DNA of 64,000 nucleotides from an uncultured delta proteobacterium (GTDB taxonomy: Bacteria > Myxococcota > Myxococcia > Myxococcales > Myxococcaceae), in contig CAVQKE010000003.1 in the NCBI GenBank assembly GCA_963713045.1, forward strand, positions 640,001 to 704,000, given 5' to 3'. The notes beneath the pieces were generated by a model, which did not search any database, was not told where the DNA came from, and saw only the letters and a list, made by a program, of their open reading frames with translations. Every line of letters begins with the position of its first letter. The stretch's first letter is position 1. A program made the translations under genes and the position numbers. Below are positions 48,494 through 56,669 of the stretch, piece after piece.

Positions 48494-50193
48494 AGCTTTT
48501 CAAGGCCATATTTCTCCTGATGCTGGTGGTGGGCGTGGTGTCCACCGCCACCGTTGGGCTGCTGGTCCTCTCCGACACGCGCGAGCTGCTCACCAGAGAC
48601 GCACAGGAGCTGTCCGGCGAGCGGGTGAAGCAGCTGCGGCTGAAGACGGAGCGCGAGCTGGAGGAGCCAGTGCGCGCGGTGCTGCAGCTGTCGCGGACCG
48701 CCGGCTTCTTCGGGCTACCGCTGGCCGAGCAGCGGGCGCTGGTGACGTCGCTCCTCACCCAGCGCCGGGACGTGATGGCCGTCACGGCCTTCAGCGCGCA
48801 GAAGGCCCGGGTCAGCGGCCTGCAGGCGTTTGCCTTCAACGACGTCCCCCCGACGGAAGTGGCGGAGCACGAGGCCCGGGCCCGCAGCCTGCTCGAAGGC
48901 CTCACCACGCTGCGCTACGCGGCACCGGTGGCGCGCCCCGGCCGCCCGCCGACGGTGACGGTGGCCTTCCCGGTGGGCGAGCCGGTACGGGGCTACCTCG
49001 CCGCCGAGCTGTCACTTGGCTCCCTGGCGGCCACGGTGGCGGACCAACGGGTGGGCTCCAGCGGCTTCGCCTACGTGGTGGACGGGCAAGGCCGGCTGGT
49101 GGCCGGCCCGCGGGGGCGCTTCGTCCCCGGGGAGGACCTCTCGGGCCGACCGGCGGTGGCCAGTCTCTTGGCGACGCTGGCCAAAAGTCCGGACCCGGAA
49201 CTTTTCCGGGTGGGCAACTTCGGCGCCGGGGAGAACCGGGTGGTGGGCGCCTACGCCTCGGTGGCGGGCCCCGGCTGGGGCGTGGTGAGTGAGCAGCCAC
49301 TGGACGCCGCCTACACCCAGGTGAATTCGATGCAGCACCGCATTCTCGTCGGGTTTCTCGCGGCCCTGTTGGTGGCTCTGCTCCTGGCCCTCCTCTTCTC
49401 GCGCGGGCTCACCCGGCCCCTGAAGCGCTTCGTCGCCTCGGCACTGGACATTGCCAAGGGGCGTTTCGGGAGTCAGGTGGAGCTGAAAAGCAACAATGAG
49501 TTGGGCGAACTGGCGAGAACCTTCAACCACATGAGTCAGCAGCTGCTGCGTTACGACCAGGAGAACAAGGGCCTGTACGCGAGCCTCGAGCAGGGCTACC
49601 TGGAAACCATCCTGGCGCTTGCCAACAGCATCGACAGCAAGGACCCCTACACCCGGGGCCACAGCCAGCGGGTGGGAGACATTTCCGCGGCCATCGGCCG
49701 CGAGCTTGGGTTGCCGGAACCGGAGGTGAAGCTTTTGCGCTACGCCGGCATCCTCCACGACATCGGCAAAATTGGAATCATCGACACCATCCTCGGCAAG
49801 CAGCAGCAGCTGACGGCGGAGGAGATGGGTGTCATGCGCGAGCATCCGCTGATTGGGGCCTCCATCGTCGAACCCGTTACCTTCCTTGGGGCCGCGCGCG
49901 CCGCGGTGAAGAGCCACCATGAGAAGTGGAATGGGAGCGGCTACCCGGAGGGCCTGGCCGGCGACAGCATCCCCTTGGTGGCCCGGATTGTCGGCTGTGC
50001 CGACACCTGGGACGCCTGCACCACCACCCGTCCCTACCAGCGGGCGATGTCCATTCCGGCCGCCCTGGAAGTGATGGAGCGACTGCGCGGCGTGGCGTTG
50101 GACCCGGCGGTGGTGGATGCCCTCCGGCGTGTCCTTGGCCGGCGCGCGTCTGGGGCGGAGCCTTCGGCACGGCCCGTCCAGCTGGCCTCGTGA
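48490..50193 (+). CDS. Cache-HAMP-HD-GYP cyclic dinucleotide phosphodiesterase (PmxA-like)
   Basis: Two TMs; HAMP; YTRGHSQRV, LHDIGKI and HHEKWNGSGYP motifs. Confidence 0.9.
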   Translation: MKLFKAIFLLMLVVGVVSTATVGLLVLSDTRELLTRDAQELSGERVKQLRLKTERELEEPVRAVLQLSRTAGFFGLPLAEQRALVTSLLTQRRDVMAVTAFSAQKARVSGLQAFAFNDVPPTEVAEHEARARSLLEGLTTLRYAAPVARPGRPPTVTVAFPVGEPVRGYLAAELSLGSLAATVADQRVGSSGFAYVVDGQGRLVAGPRGRFVPGEDLSGRPAVASLLATLAKSPDPELFRVGNFGAGENRVVGAYASVAGPGWGVVSEQPLDAAYTQVNSMQHRILVGFLAALLVALLLALLFSRGLTRPLKRFVASALDIAKGRFGSQVELKSNNELGELARTFNHMSQQLLRYDQENKGLYASLEQGYLETILALANSIDSKDPYTRGHSQRVGDISAAIGRELGLPEPEVKLLRYAGILHDIGKIGIIDTILGKQQQLTAEEMGVMREHPLIGASIVEPVTFLGAARAAVKSHHEKWNGSGYPEGLAGDSIPLVARIVGCADTWDACTTTRPYQRAMSIPAALEVMERLRGVALDPAVVDALRRVLGRRASGAEPSARPVQLAS

Positions 50194-50269
50194 GGGCCCA
50201 GTGGGCCGCCCCACAGCAGGCGCCGGGGCCGAGCTTCGCACGCGGCCGTTGCGCTATACCTGGAAAGCT

Positions 50270-50614
50270 TTGAGTTTCTGGGACCACATTAAGCCCAGCA
50301 CCCTGCCGCCGGCCGCGGCCCACCTCGAGGTGACGGACGAAGGCCGCGTCCTGCGCCTCACCTGGGAGGATGGCCTGCGCACCCGTGTGTCGGCCCGCAC
50401 CCTGCGCCAGGGGTGCCCCTGTGCGGCGTGCGTCGACGAATGGACGCACCAGCGCACCGTGGACCCGGCCAACGTCAGCCCCGACATCACACTCCTCGAA
50501 GTCCGTCCGGCGGGAAACTACGCGCTGCACGTGCACTTCGCAGACGGCCACACCACTGGCATTTTCAACTGGAAGACGCTGCGCGAGCTGTCGGAGAGCC
50601 CGCCGCAGCCGTAG
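50270..50614 (+). CDS. DUF971 (GBBH-like N-terminal) protein
   Basis: LRQGCPCAAC...GNYAL...FADGHTTGIF. Confidence 0.88.
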   Translation: MSFWDHIKPSTLPPAAAHLEVTDEGRVLRLTWEDGLRTRVSARTLRQGCPCAACVDEWTHQRTVDPANVSPDITLLEVRPAGNYALHVHFADGHTTGIFNWKTLRELSESPPQP

Positions 50615-50636
50615 CCGGCGAGGGGGCAACCGTCCC

Positions 50637-51182
50637 ATGGGGTCCAACCCGAAGGACGAAGAGGATGAGGGCTTTCAGCCCACCGGGCCCGCGCTGGACC
50701 CCAGTGGGAAGCTGGAGGGCCGCATCGTCCAGAGGCCCGAGAAGCGCCCGCCGCCGCGGCGGCCGAAGGTGGAAGACTTCGAGTTGCAGGAGCGGGCCCC
50801 CAGGCCGGAGTCGGACTACGTCGCGCCGCGGCCTCCGCCGCCGCCACGCGTCCCCAGTCGGGGCGCTGGGGGCCTCGACTTGCCCCTCCTCCTCCTCCTC
50901 CTGGCGTGCTTGGGCGCTGGCGGCTGGTACCTTTTCTTCCAGCAGAAAACGCCGCCTGGCTACGTCCCCCCTGCGGTGGTGGTGCTCATCAGCAGCGAGC
51001 CGGTGGGCGCGGCCGTCAGCGTGGAGGGAACCGCCGTCGGGGTGACGCCTTGGGCGGCCGACAACACCTGGCCGGCCGGCCCGGTGAATGTCACCCTCAC
51101 CTACCCGGGCTACCGCCCCTGGAGCGGGACTTTCCGCGGCGGCCGGCCGGCGCGCCTGCAGGCCCGACTGCAGCGGCGCTGA
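50637..51182 (+). CDS. membrane-anchored PEGA-domain protein
   Basis: TM segment, then ISSEPVGAAVSVEG..VGVTP...PGYRPW. Confidence 0.8.
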   Translation: MGSNPKDEEDEGFQPTGPALDPSGKLEGRIVQRPEKRPPPRRPKVEDFELQERAPRPESDYVAPRPPPPPRVPSRGAGGLDLPLLLLLLACLGAGGWYLFFQQKTPPGYVPPAVVVLISSEPVGAAVSVEGTAVGVTPWAADNTWPAGPVNVTLTYPGYRPWSGTFRGGRPARLQARLQRR

Positions 51183-51236
51183 GAGACAGTAAAAAAACCC
51201 GGGCGGGGGGTCTGCCGACCCTGGATGGAAAGAGGG

Positions 51237-51710
51237 CTACTTCACCACCCGCAGGTGCCCCCGTCCGCGGGGCTGCGCTTCTTCCGCGCCGCCGTCCTCC
51301 GGCTGCGGAGGTTCGACGGACACCTGCCGCAACGGCGGGCTTTTGGAGTCAAGCGCCGAGCGTCCCGGTCGGGCCGCGGCCGAGCTGCGCGTCAACTCCG
51401 GCGGCATGTCCTCGGGAAACATCCAGAATTCGTGGCTGGCGTGGCTGGTAATCGCGAAGACCGCACTCCACGGGACGGCGACGGTGAAGCGGCTCCCGGA
51501 GAAGCTGAGGGTGCTGCGCAGCCCCCACTCCCCCACCGAGAGGTCCGACGGCTCAAACCGGTAGCTGAGGTTGAGGCGCAGGTGAGACTCCGTCCGGAAC
51601 TCAGCCGGCACCACCACCCCTGGACGACGGGCGTCCAGATGCACCATCACCATCCCGCGGTCCAGCGCAGAGAGCAGGTATTGCTTCTTTTCCGGGGTAC
51701 GGTCGTCCAT
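51237..51710 (-). CDS. SspB-like ClpXP adaptor
   Basis: VHLDARRPGVVVP...LNLS...LSFSG...VPWSAVFAI; C-terminal HLRVVK resembles the ClpX-binding motif. Confidence 0.8.
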   Translation of the reverse strand: MDDRTPEKKQYLLSALDRGMVMVHLDARRPGVVVPAEFRTESHLRLNLSYRFEPSDLSVGEWGLRSTLSFSGSRFTVAVPWSAVFAITSHASHEFWMFPEDMPPELTRSSAAARPGRSALDSKSPPLRQVSVEPPQPEDGGAEEAQPRGRGHLRVVK

Positions 51711-51747
51711 GGCCTCGCGGAGCGGAGCCGCTTGGTGGTGAAAAAGG

Positions 51748-52227
51748 CTAACGCCTCCGAAGCACGCGATCCATCTCTCGCTTCGTCTCCCGCTGCTTAA
51801 TGTCCTCTCGGCGGTCCTCGTGCGTCTTGCCCTTCACCAACCCCAGCTGCACCTTGGCTCGCCCCCCCTTGAAGTAAAGCACCAGCGGAACGATGGAATA
51901 GCCCCGTTCGCGCACCTTCGCTGCCCAGCGGTCCAACTCGGCCCGGTGCAACAGCAGCTTGCGCGCCCGGGTCGGCTCGTGCGGGAAAAGGGCGGCCGCC
52001 CCGTAGGGGGCGATGCGCAGGTTGTGCAGGAAAAGCTCTCCGCCCTTGGGGAGGGCATAGCCGTCGGACATCTGCACCGCGCCCGCCCGGAGACTTTTCA
52101 CCTCGCTGCCCACCAGGGCCAGCCCCGCTTCCAGCCGCTCCTCCACCGAATAGTCGGCGCGGGCCCGTCGGTTGGTGGCGATGACTTTTTCGCCCTCTGG
52201 GGCAGCTTTGGTGCCGCGCGAGTGCAC
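51748..52227 (-). CDS. smpB: SsrA-binding protein
   Basis: NRRARADY, EAGLALVGSEVKSLR, RKLLLH and KGK..DRR motifs. Confidence 0.95.
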   Translation of the reverse strand: MHSRGTKAAPEGEKVIATNRRARADYSVEERLEAGLALVGSEVKSLRAGAVQMSDGYALPKGGELFLHNLRIAPYGAAALFPHEPTRARKLLLHRAELDRWAAKVRERGYSIVPLVLYFKGGRAKVQLGLVKGKTHEDRREDIKQRETKREMDRVLRRR

Positions 52228-52237
52228 GCCCGGGGGT

Positions 52238-53086
52238 TTACCCCAGCTCGACGTTGTCGATGAGCCGCGTTGCGCCGACGAAGCCGGCCACCAGCAGGCG
52301 GGCGCGTGGCACCGCCCGGTCCAGCGGACGAAGGCTGTCCGGGTCCACCAGCGCCAGGTAGTCCTCGCCAACGGCTTGGTCGCCCAGTGCGTCGCGGACG
52401 GTGCCGAGAAGGGCCTTCGGGTCCACCACGCCTTCAGTAAAGCGCTGGCGGGCTGCTTCCAGCCCCGCAAACAGGGCGCGGGCCCGCGTTCGCTCGCCGG
52501 GCGACAGGTAGGCGTTGCGCGAACTCATCGCCAGCCCGTCGGCCTCACGGACGATGGGCATCCCCACCACCTGGACCCCCAGTTGAAGGTCCCGCGCCAG
52601 CCTCCGCACCACCTGCAGCTGCTGGTAGTCCTTTTCGCCAAAGATGGCCGCGTGCGGGCGAAACAGGGCGAACAGCTGTGTCACCACCGTGGCCACGCCG
52701 CGAAAGTGCCCGGGCCGCCGCTCCCCGCACAGTCCGCGCGAGAGCTCCACCACTTCGACATAGGTTTGGTACCCGGCCGGGTACACCTGGCTGGGCTCGG
52801 GGTGAAACACCACGTCCACCCCGGCGCGTGCGCAGCGCGCCAAGTCGGCCTCAAAGTCCCGCGGGTAGCGGGAAAAGTCCTCGGAAGGACCAAACTGGGT
52901 GGGGTTCACGAAAATACTCACCGCCACCACCTCGGCGCGCGCGCGCGCCGCGGCCATCAGGCTGACGTGACCGTCATGCAGGTAGCCCATGGTGGGCACC
53001 AGCGCCAGACGACGCCCGGCCTGGCGCGTCGTCTCGCCGAGGTCCGCCGCCTCGCTGGCGGTGCTGAGCACGCGCGGCGGCGGCAC
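52238..53086 (-). CDS. panC: pantothenate synthetase
   Basis: PTMGYLHDGH, RPGHF, FGEKD and AMSSRN motifs. Confidence 0.95.
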   Translation of the reverse strand: MPPPRVLSTASEAADLGETTRQAGRRLALVPTMGYLHDGHVSLMAAARARAEVVAVSIFVNPTQFGPSEDFSRYPRDFEADLARCARAGVDVVFHPEPSQVYPAGYQTYVEVVELSRGLCGERRPGHFRGVATVVTQLFALFRPHAAIFGEKDYQQLQVVRRLARDLQLGVQVVGMPIVREADGLAMSSRNAYLSPGERTRARALFAGLEAARQRFTEGVVDPKALLGTVRDALGDQAVGEDYLALVDPDSLRPLDRAVPRARLLVAGFVGATRLIDNVELG

Positions 53087-53087
53087 G

Positions 53088-53990
53088 TCAGACTGGCACT
53101 CCGTACACGCTGCCCGTCCGCTCCTCCCCCACCGGGCCGCCCGCAGCCGGCGCAGGCTCGGGGTTGCTGGCGACGAGGCGGATGGTTTTTGACTTGAAGG
53201 AATGCGCCTCGTCCGGGAAGGCGTCGCCCCGCACTTCGGCGAAGAAGGTTTCGGCCGCCGAGCGGGTGGTGGCGTAGAGGTCGGCGTAGCGCTTGACGAA
53301 TTTCGGTTTGAAGTCGGGGTTGAGGCCGAGCAAGTCGTAACAGACCAGCACCTGGCCATCGCAGTGCACGCCGGCGCCGATGCCGATGGTGGGAATGCTG
53401 AGGGCGGCGGTAATGTCCTGGGCCAGCTCCATCGGCACCCCTTCCAGGACCAGCGCGTAACAGCCGGCCTGCTGAAGGGCGAGCGCGTCGCGGAACAGCC
53501 GGCGAGCGGATTCCTCGTCCCGGCCCTGGACGAGGTAACCCCCCATCTTATGCACCGACTGTGGCGTGAGGCCGATGTGGCCCATCACCGGAATGCTGGC
53601 TCGAATCAGCTGGGCGATGGTGTCGGCAAACTCGGCCCCGCCCTCCAGTTTGACGCTTCCGGCGCCCCCTTCGGCCACCAGCCGGCCGGCGTTTTTCACC
53701 GCGTCGACGGCCGTCGTCTGGTAGCTGAGGAAGGGCATGTCGCCCACCACGTGCGCCCGCCGCGCGCCGCGGCTGACGGCCCGCGTGTGGTACACCATCT
53801 GCTCCATGGTGACCGGGAGGGTGGAGTCGTTGCCCTGCACCACCATTCCCAGACTGTCCCCCACGAGGAGGATGTCGGCGCCGGCGTCGTCGAGGACGCG
53901 GGCGAAGGTGGCGTCGTAGGCCGTCACCATGCAAATGCGTTGGCCGGCCTGCTTCTGTCGCTTCAGCGTGTGGATGGTGACCTTGTCCAC
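53088..53990 (-). CDS. panB: 3-methyl-2-oxobutanoate hydroxymethyltransferase
   Basis: TAYD, LVGDSLG, KLEGG and GHIGLTPQ motifs. Confidence 0.96.
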   Translation of the reverse strand: MDKVTIHTLKRQKQAGQRICMVTAYDATFARVLDDAGADILLVGDSLGMVVQGNDSTLPVTMEQMVYHTRAVSRGARRAHVVGDMPFLSYQTTAVDAVKNAGRLVAEGGAGSVKLEGGAEFADTIAQLIRASIPVMGHIGLTPQSVHKMGGYLVQGRDEESARRLFRDALALQQAGCYALVLEGVPMELAQDITAALSIPTIGIGAGVHCDGQVLVCYDLLGLNPDFKPKFVKRYADLYATTRSAAETFFAEVRGDAFPDEAHSFKSKTIRLVASNPEPAPAAGGPVGEERTGSVYGVPV

Positions 53991-54177
53991 GGGTTCACCT
54001 CCGTTTTGACTTCGGGTGGGGATGTCGCTTTTGTGTGACTGCGGGGCCGTTCACCGTTCCGCTTCAGAATCGCCGTTGGCCCGTTGCGGCACTCTAACCC
54101 CCTCGGACTGGCCGGCTGCCAGCCGAAGTCACTTTTCGCACGCCCAAGCGGGAGTTCCGTCCCGGCTGAATTTCCCC

Positions 54178-54825
54178 CTAGCGAGGCCGGGTGTCGGCCA
54201 AGGGCAGGTAGTGGTGCACGCCCTTGCGCATTTTGCGGATGACGGACACCAGGTTGTCCAAGTCGGCCTCGTTGTGGACGAAGTCGATGTCACTGGTGTT
54301 GATGACCAGCAGCGGCGTGTCGCTGTAGTGGAAGAAGAAGTCGTTGTAGGCGGCCGCCAGCTTGGCCAGGTAGTCGGCGTCGAATTGCCTTTCGTAGTCC
54401 CGGGCGCGCCGGCGGATGCGCTGCAGCAGCACCTCCAGACGCGCCTGCAGGTAGATGACCAGGTCCGGCTGCACCACCCGGGGCCCGAGGGCCGCATACA
54501 CCCTTTCGTACAGCGACAACTCGTCGGGCTGTAGGGTGAGGGTGGCGAAGATGCGGTCCTTGGCGAAGACGTAGTCGCTCACCGTCACCTGGGCGAACAG
54601 GTCCTGTTGGCTGAGAGCCTGCTGCTGCTGGTAGCGGCTCAACAGGAAGAAGAGCTGCGTCTGAAAGGCGTGCGCCGCTCGGTCCTTGTAGAAGGCCTTG
54701 AGGAAGGGGTTTTCTTCGACCCGCTCCAGCACGGGCCGGCCTTCTAGGCGCTCGGCCAACAGTTTGACGAGGCTGGTCTTCCCCACGCCAATGGGCCCCT
54801 CAACAGCGATGTAGCGGTGCTCCAT
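54178..54825 (-). CDS. deoxynucleoside kinase family protein
   Basis: IAVEGPIGVGKTSL, ENPFL and PDLVIYL motifs. Confidence 0.9.
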   Translation of the reverse strand: MEHRYIAVEGPIGVGKTSLVKLLAERLEGRPVLERVEENPFLKAFYKDRAAHAFQTQLFFLLSRYQQQQALSQQDLFAQVTVSDYVFAKDRIFATLTLQPDELSLYERVYAALGPRVVQPDLVIYLQARLEVLLQRIRRRARDYERQFDADYLAKLAAAYNDFFFHYSDTPLLVINTSDIDFVHNEADLDNLVSVIRKMRKGVHHYLPLADTRPR

Positions 54826-55050
54826 GGCTGTCTTGTGCCCTCCGTCGCGGCGGCTGGAGGAGAAAATGAAGTCAAGCATGCGCCGGAAGCCGCTTCAACG
54901 CGTGCATTGGTGGGGTGCTTCACCCCAGGGGCGCTCGGCCGTTGACAAGCCCTGCGGCGGCTTCGCTAGCATTGCAGCTCCGGTGGGCGACCAGCTCCCC
55001 CCCCGGCCCCATGCAACCCCGCAGAGCGAGAGTCCGCCCGCGAGACACCG

Positions 55051-55262
55051 GTGAATCTCGAAGCGGTGCTGCGCCCGAAGAGGCGCGCCACGGCGCTGCC
55101 ATGCTGCGCCTGGCGCTCGAGTTGAAGAAGCCCGGGGCCCCGGCGCTGGACGCACTGGTGACGGAGCTCGCCCGCAGCATGCGCCTGCACGAGCCATCCT
55201 TCCGCCGTTTCCTCGCCGAGCAGGGCGAATTCTTCAGCGCGCTGGCCACCGGACGCGGCTGA
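55051..55262 (+). CDS. small hypothetical protein (probable 1-nt indel ~55075)
   Basis: VNLEAVLRP joins EEARHGAAMLRLALELKK with one shift. Confidence 0.4.
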
Positions 55263-55381
55263 CGCCGGGGGCAGCGCGTCCACGCTCGTCGTTCGACGCG
55301 TAGACGCTCCCGGGACTGGCACCGCCTCTTCGCCGCCGAAGGGGCGACGTTGGCCCGCCGGGGGGCAGCTGCACTGCAGCC

Positions 55382-56050
55382 TCACTCCAATTCGAGGGGG
55401 AAGACGGCGGACTCCACAATTCGCCCGTCGGGCAGCGCCGCCTCGACACTCCACCGCAACCGGGCGCCCGCGGGCTGTGCAGACAGCGCCTCCGGGGGCA
55501 CCTGGAAGTCCGTCGTCGACAGGCCCAGCGCGCGGTGCAACAGCTGCAGCGAGGGCGTCATGACTGAAATGTTGTAGCGCAAGGCATTCGGGTAGGGACT
55601 CCAGCGAAGCACCACCGCGTCGCGAGGCTGCCGTCCAGGTGCAGTCCGGGAGACGATGGCGGCTGCCGCTTCGCCACGTTCAGCGTCCGGCATCAACGCA
55701 GGCGATGGGACGTCGTGCCCGTGGACCAGCACCACCGCGGCTAGGGCCGCCGCAAGCAGCCCAGCGCCGTAGACGGCCGCCAGGCGCTGGCGTCGCATTC
55801 GCGGCGGGATGACGTTGCCGGGCGCTGCCCCAGCGGTGGCCGCCCGCTGAAGCTCGAGCGCAATCCGCAGGGCCTCGGAACATTCGGCGCACCGGGCGGT
55901 GTGGGTGGTGACTTGACGCAGGTCCTCGAGAGACAGTTTCCCCAACACGGCCTCCCACAGCCGCTCGGGTGCGGGACAGTCGGAGCGCAGCGTCTTCGGA
56001 CGGCTGTCTTGGAACCGTTCGACCAGAGCGTCTGTATCGGACTCAAGCAT
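55382..56050 (-). CDS. zinc-binding (HxxxCxxC) single-TM anti-sigma factor
   Basis: HTARCAEC; TM; C-terminal FN3-like strands; overlaps the stop of the ECF sigma gene. Confidence 0.8.
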   Translation of the reverse strand: MLESDTDALVERFQDSRPKTLRSDCPAPERLWEAVLGKLSLEDLRQVTTHTARCAECSEALRIALELQRAATAGAAPGNVIPPRMRRQRLAAVYGAGLLAAALAAVVLVHGHDVPSPALMPDAERGEAAAAIVSRTAPGRQPRDAVVLRWSPYPNALRYNISVMTPSLQLLHRALGLSTTDFQVPPEALSAQPAGARLRWSVEAALPDGRIVESAVFPLELE

Positions 56051-56609
56051 CGCGCACGCCCTTCTCCTCAAGGCACAGTCGCAACTCCTTGAGGCCGCGG
56101 TAGAGGAGGTTTTCCACCCGCTTCTCGGTCCAGCCAGTCGCCGTTGCCGTCTCCACCGTCCGAAAGCCCTGAAGGTACAACGTCACTGCAATGCGTCGCT
56201 CGTCCAAAAGCCCTTGCAGACAGTCGTCAATCGCGAGGCCAACCTCGGGGCTACTGGCTTGGCCTTTCGCTTGTGAAGCCACTTCTCGCGCGTACGCTTG
56301 CCCGCGCCTTCGTTTGCGCAGTTCGTCGATGACAACGGTGAATGCCACTTTCCAGGCGTATGACGCTTCGGGGGCGGGGTTTCCCTCACCCAGCTCGGGG
56401 CGCTCTGCCAGTTTGAGGAGGGCGACCTGGACCAGGTCCTCCCGGACGGAGGCCAGCTCGGGCGGACAGTGCTTGCCGACGGCCCGCACCAGGACGGCGC
56501 GCAGTTGCGCCCACGGTCCAACCGACTCAAGCAGACTGGTCGACGCTGGCGCCTGCGGTCTCTTCACGCAAGCGTTGACTATAGTCCCGCCATCGCGTGC
56601 CTCCGCCAC
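56043..56609 (-). CDS. ECF RNA polymerase sigma factor (start uncertain)
   Basis: Region 2 EDLVQ...IDELRKRRR; region 4 VENLLYRGLKELR. Confidence 0.85.
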   Translation of the reverse strand: MAEARDGGTIVNACVKRPQAPASTSLLESVGPWAQLRAVLVRAVGKHCPPELASVREDLVQVALLKLAERPELGEGNPAPEASYAWKVAFTVVIDELRKRRRGQAYAREVASQAKGQASSPEVGLAIDDCLQGLLDERRIAVTLYLQGFRTVETATATGWTEKRVENLLYRGLKELRLCLEEKGVRDA

Positions 56610-56669
56610 CTGGAAGTTCTCTTCCTCCTGCTGAGCGCGGGAAGCGCGGCGTCGACCGGCGGCCTAGAC

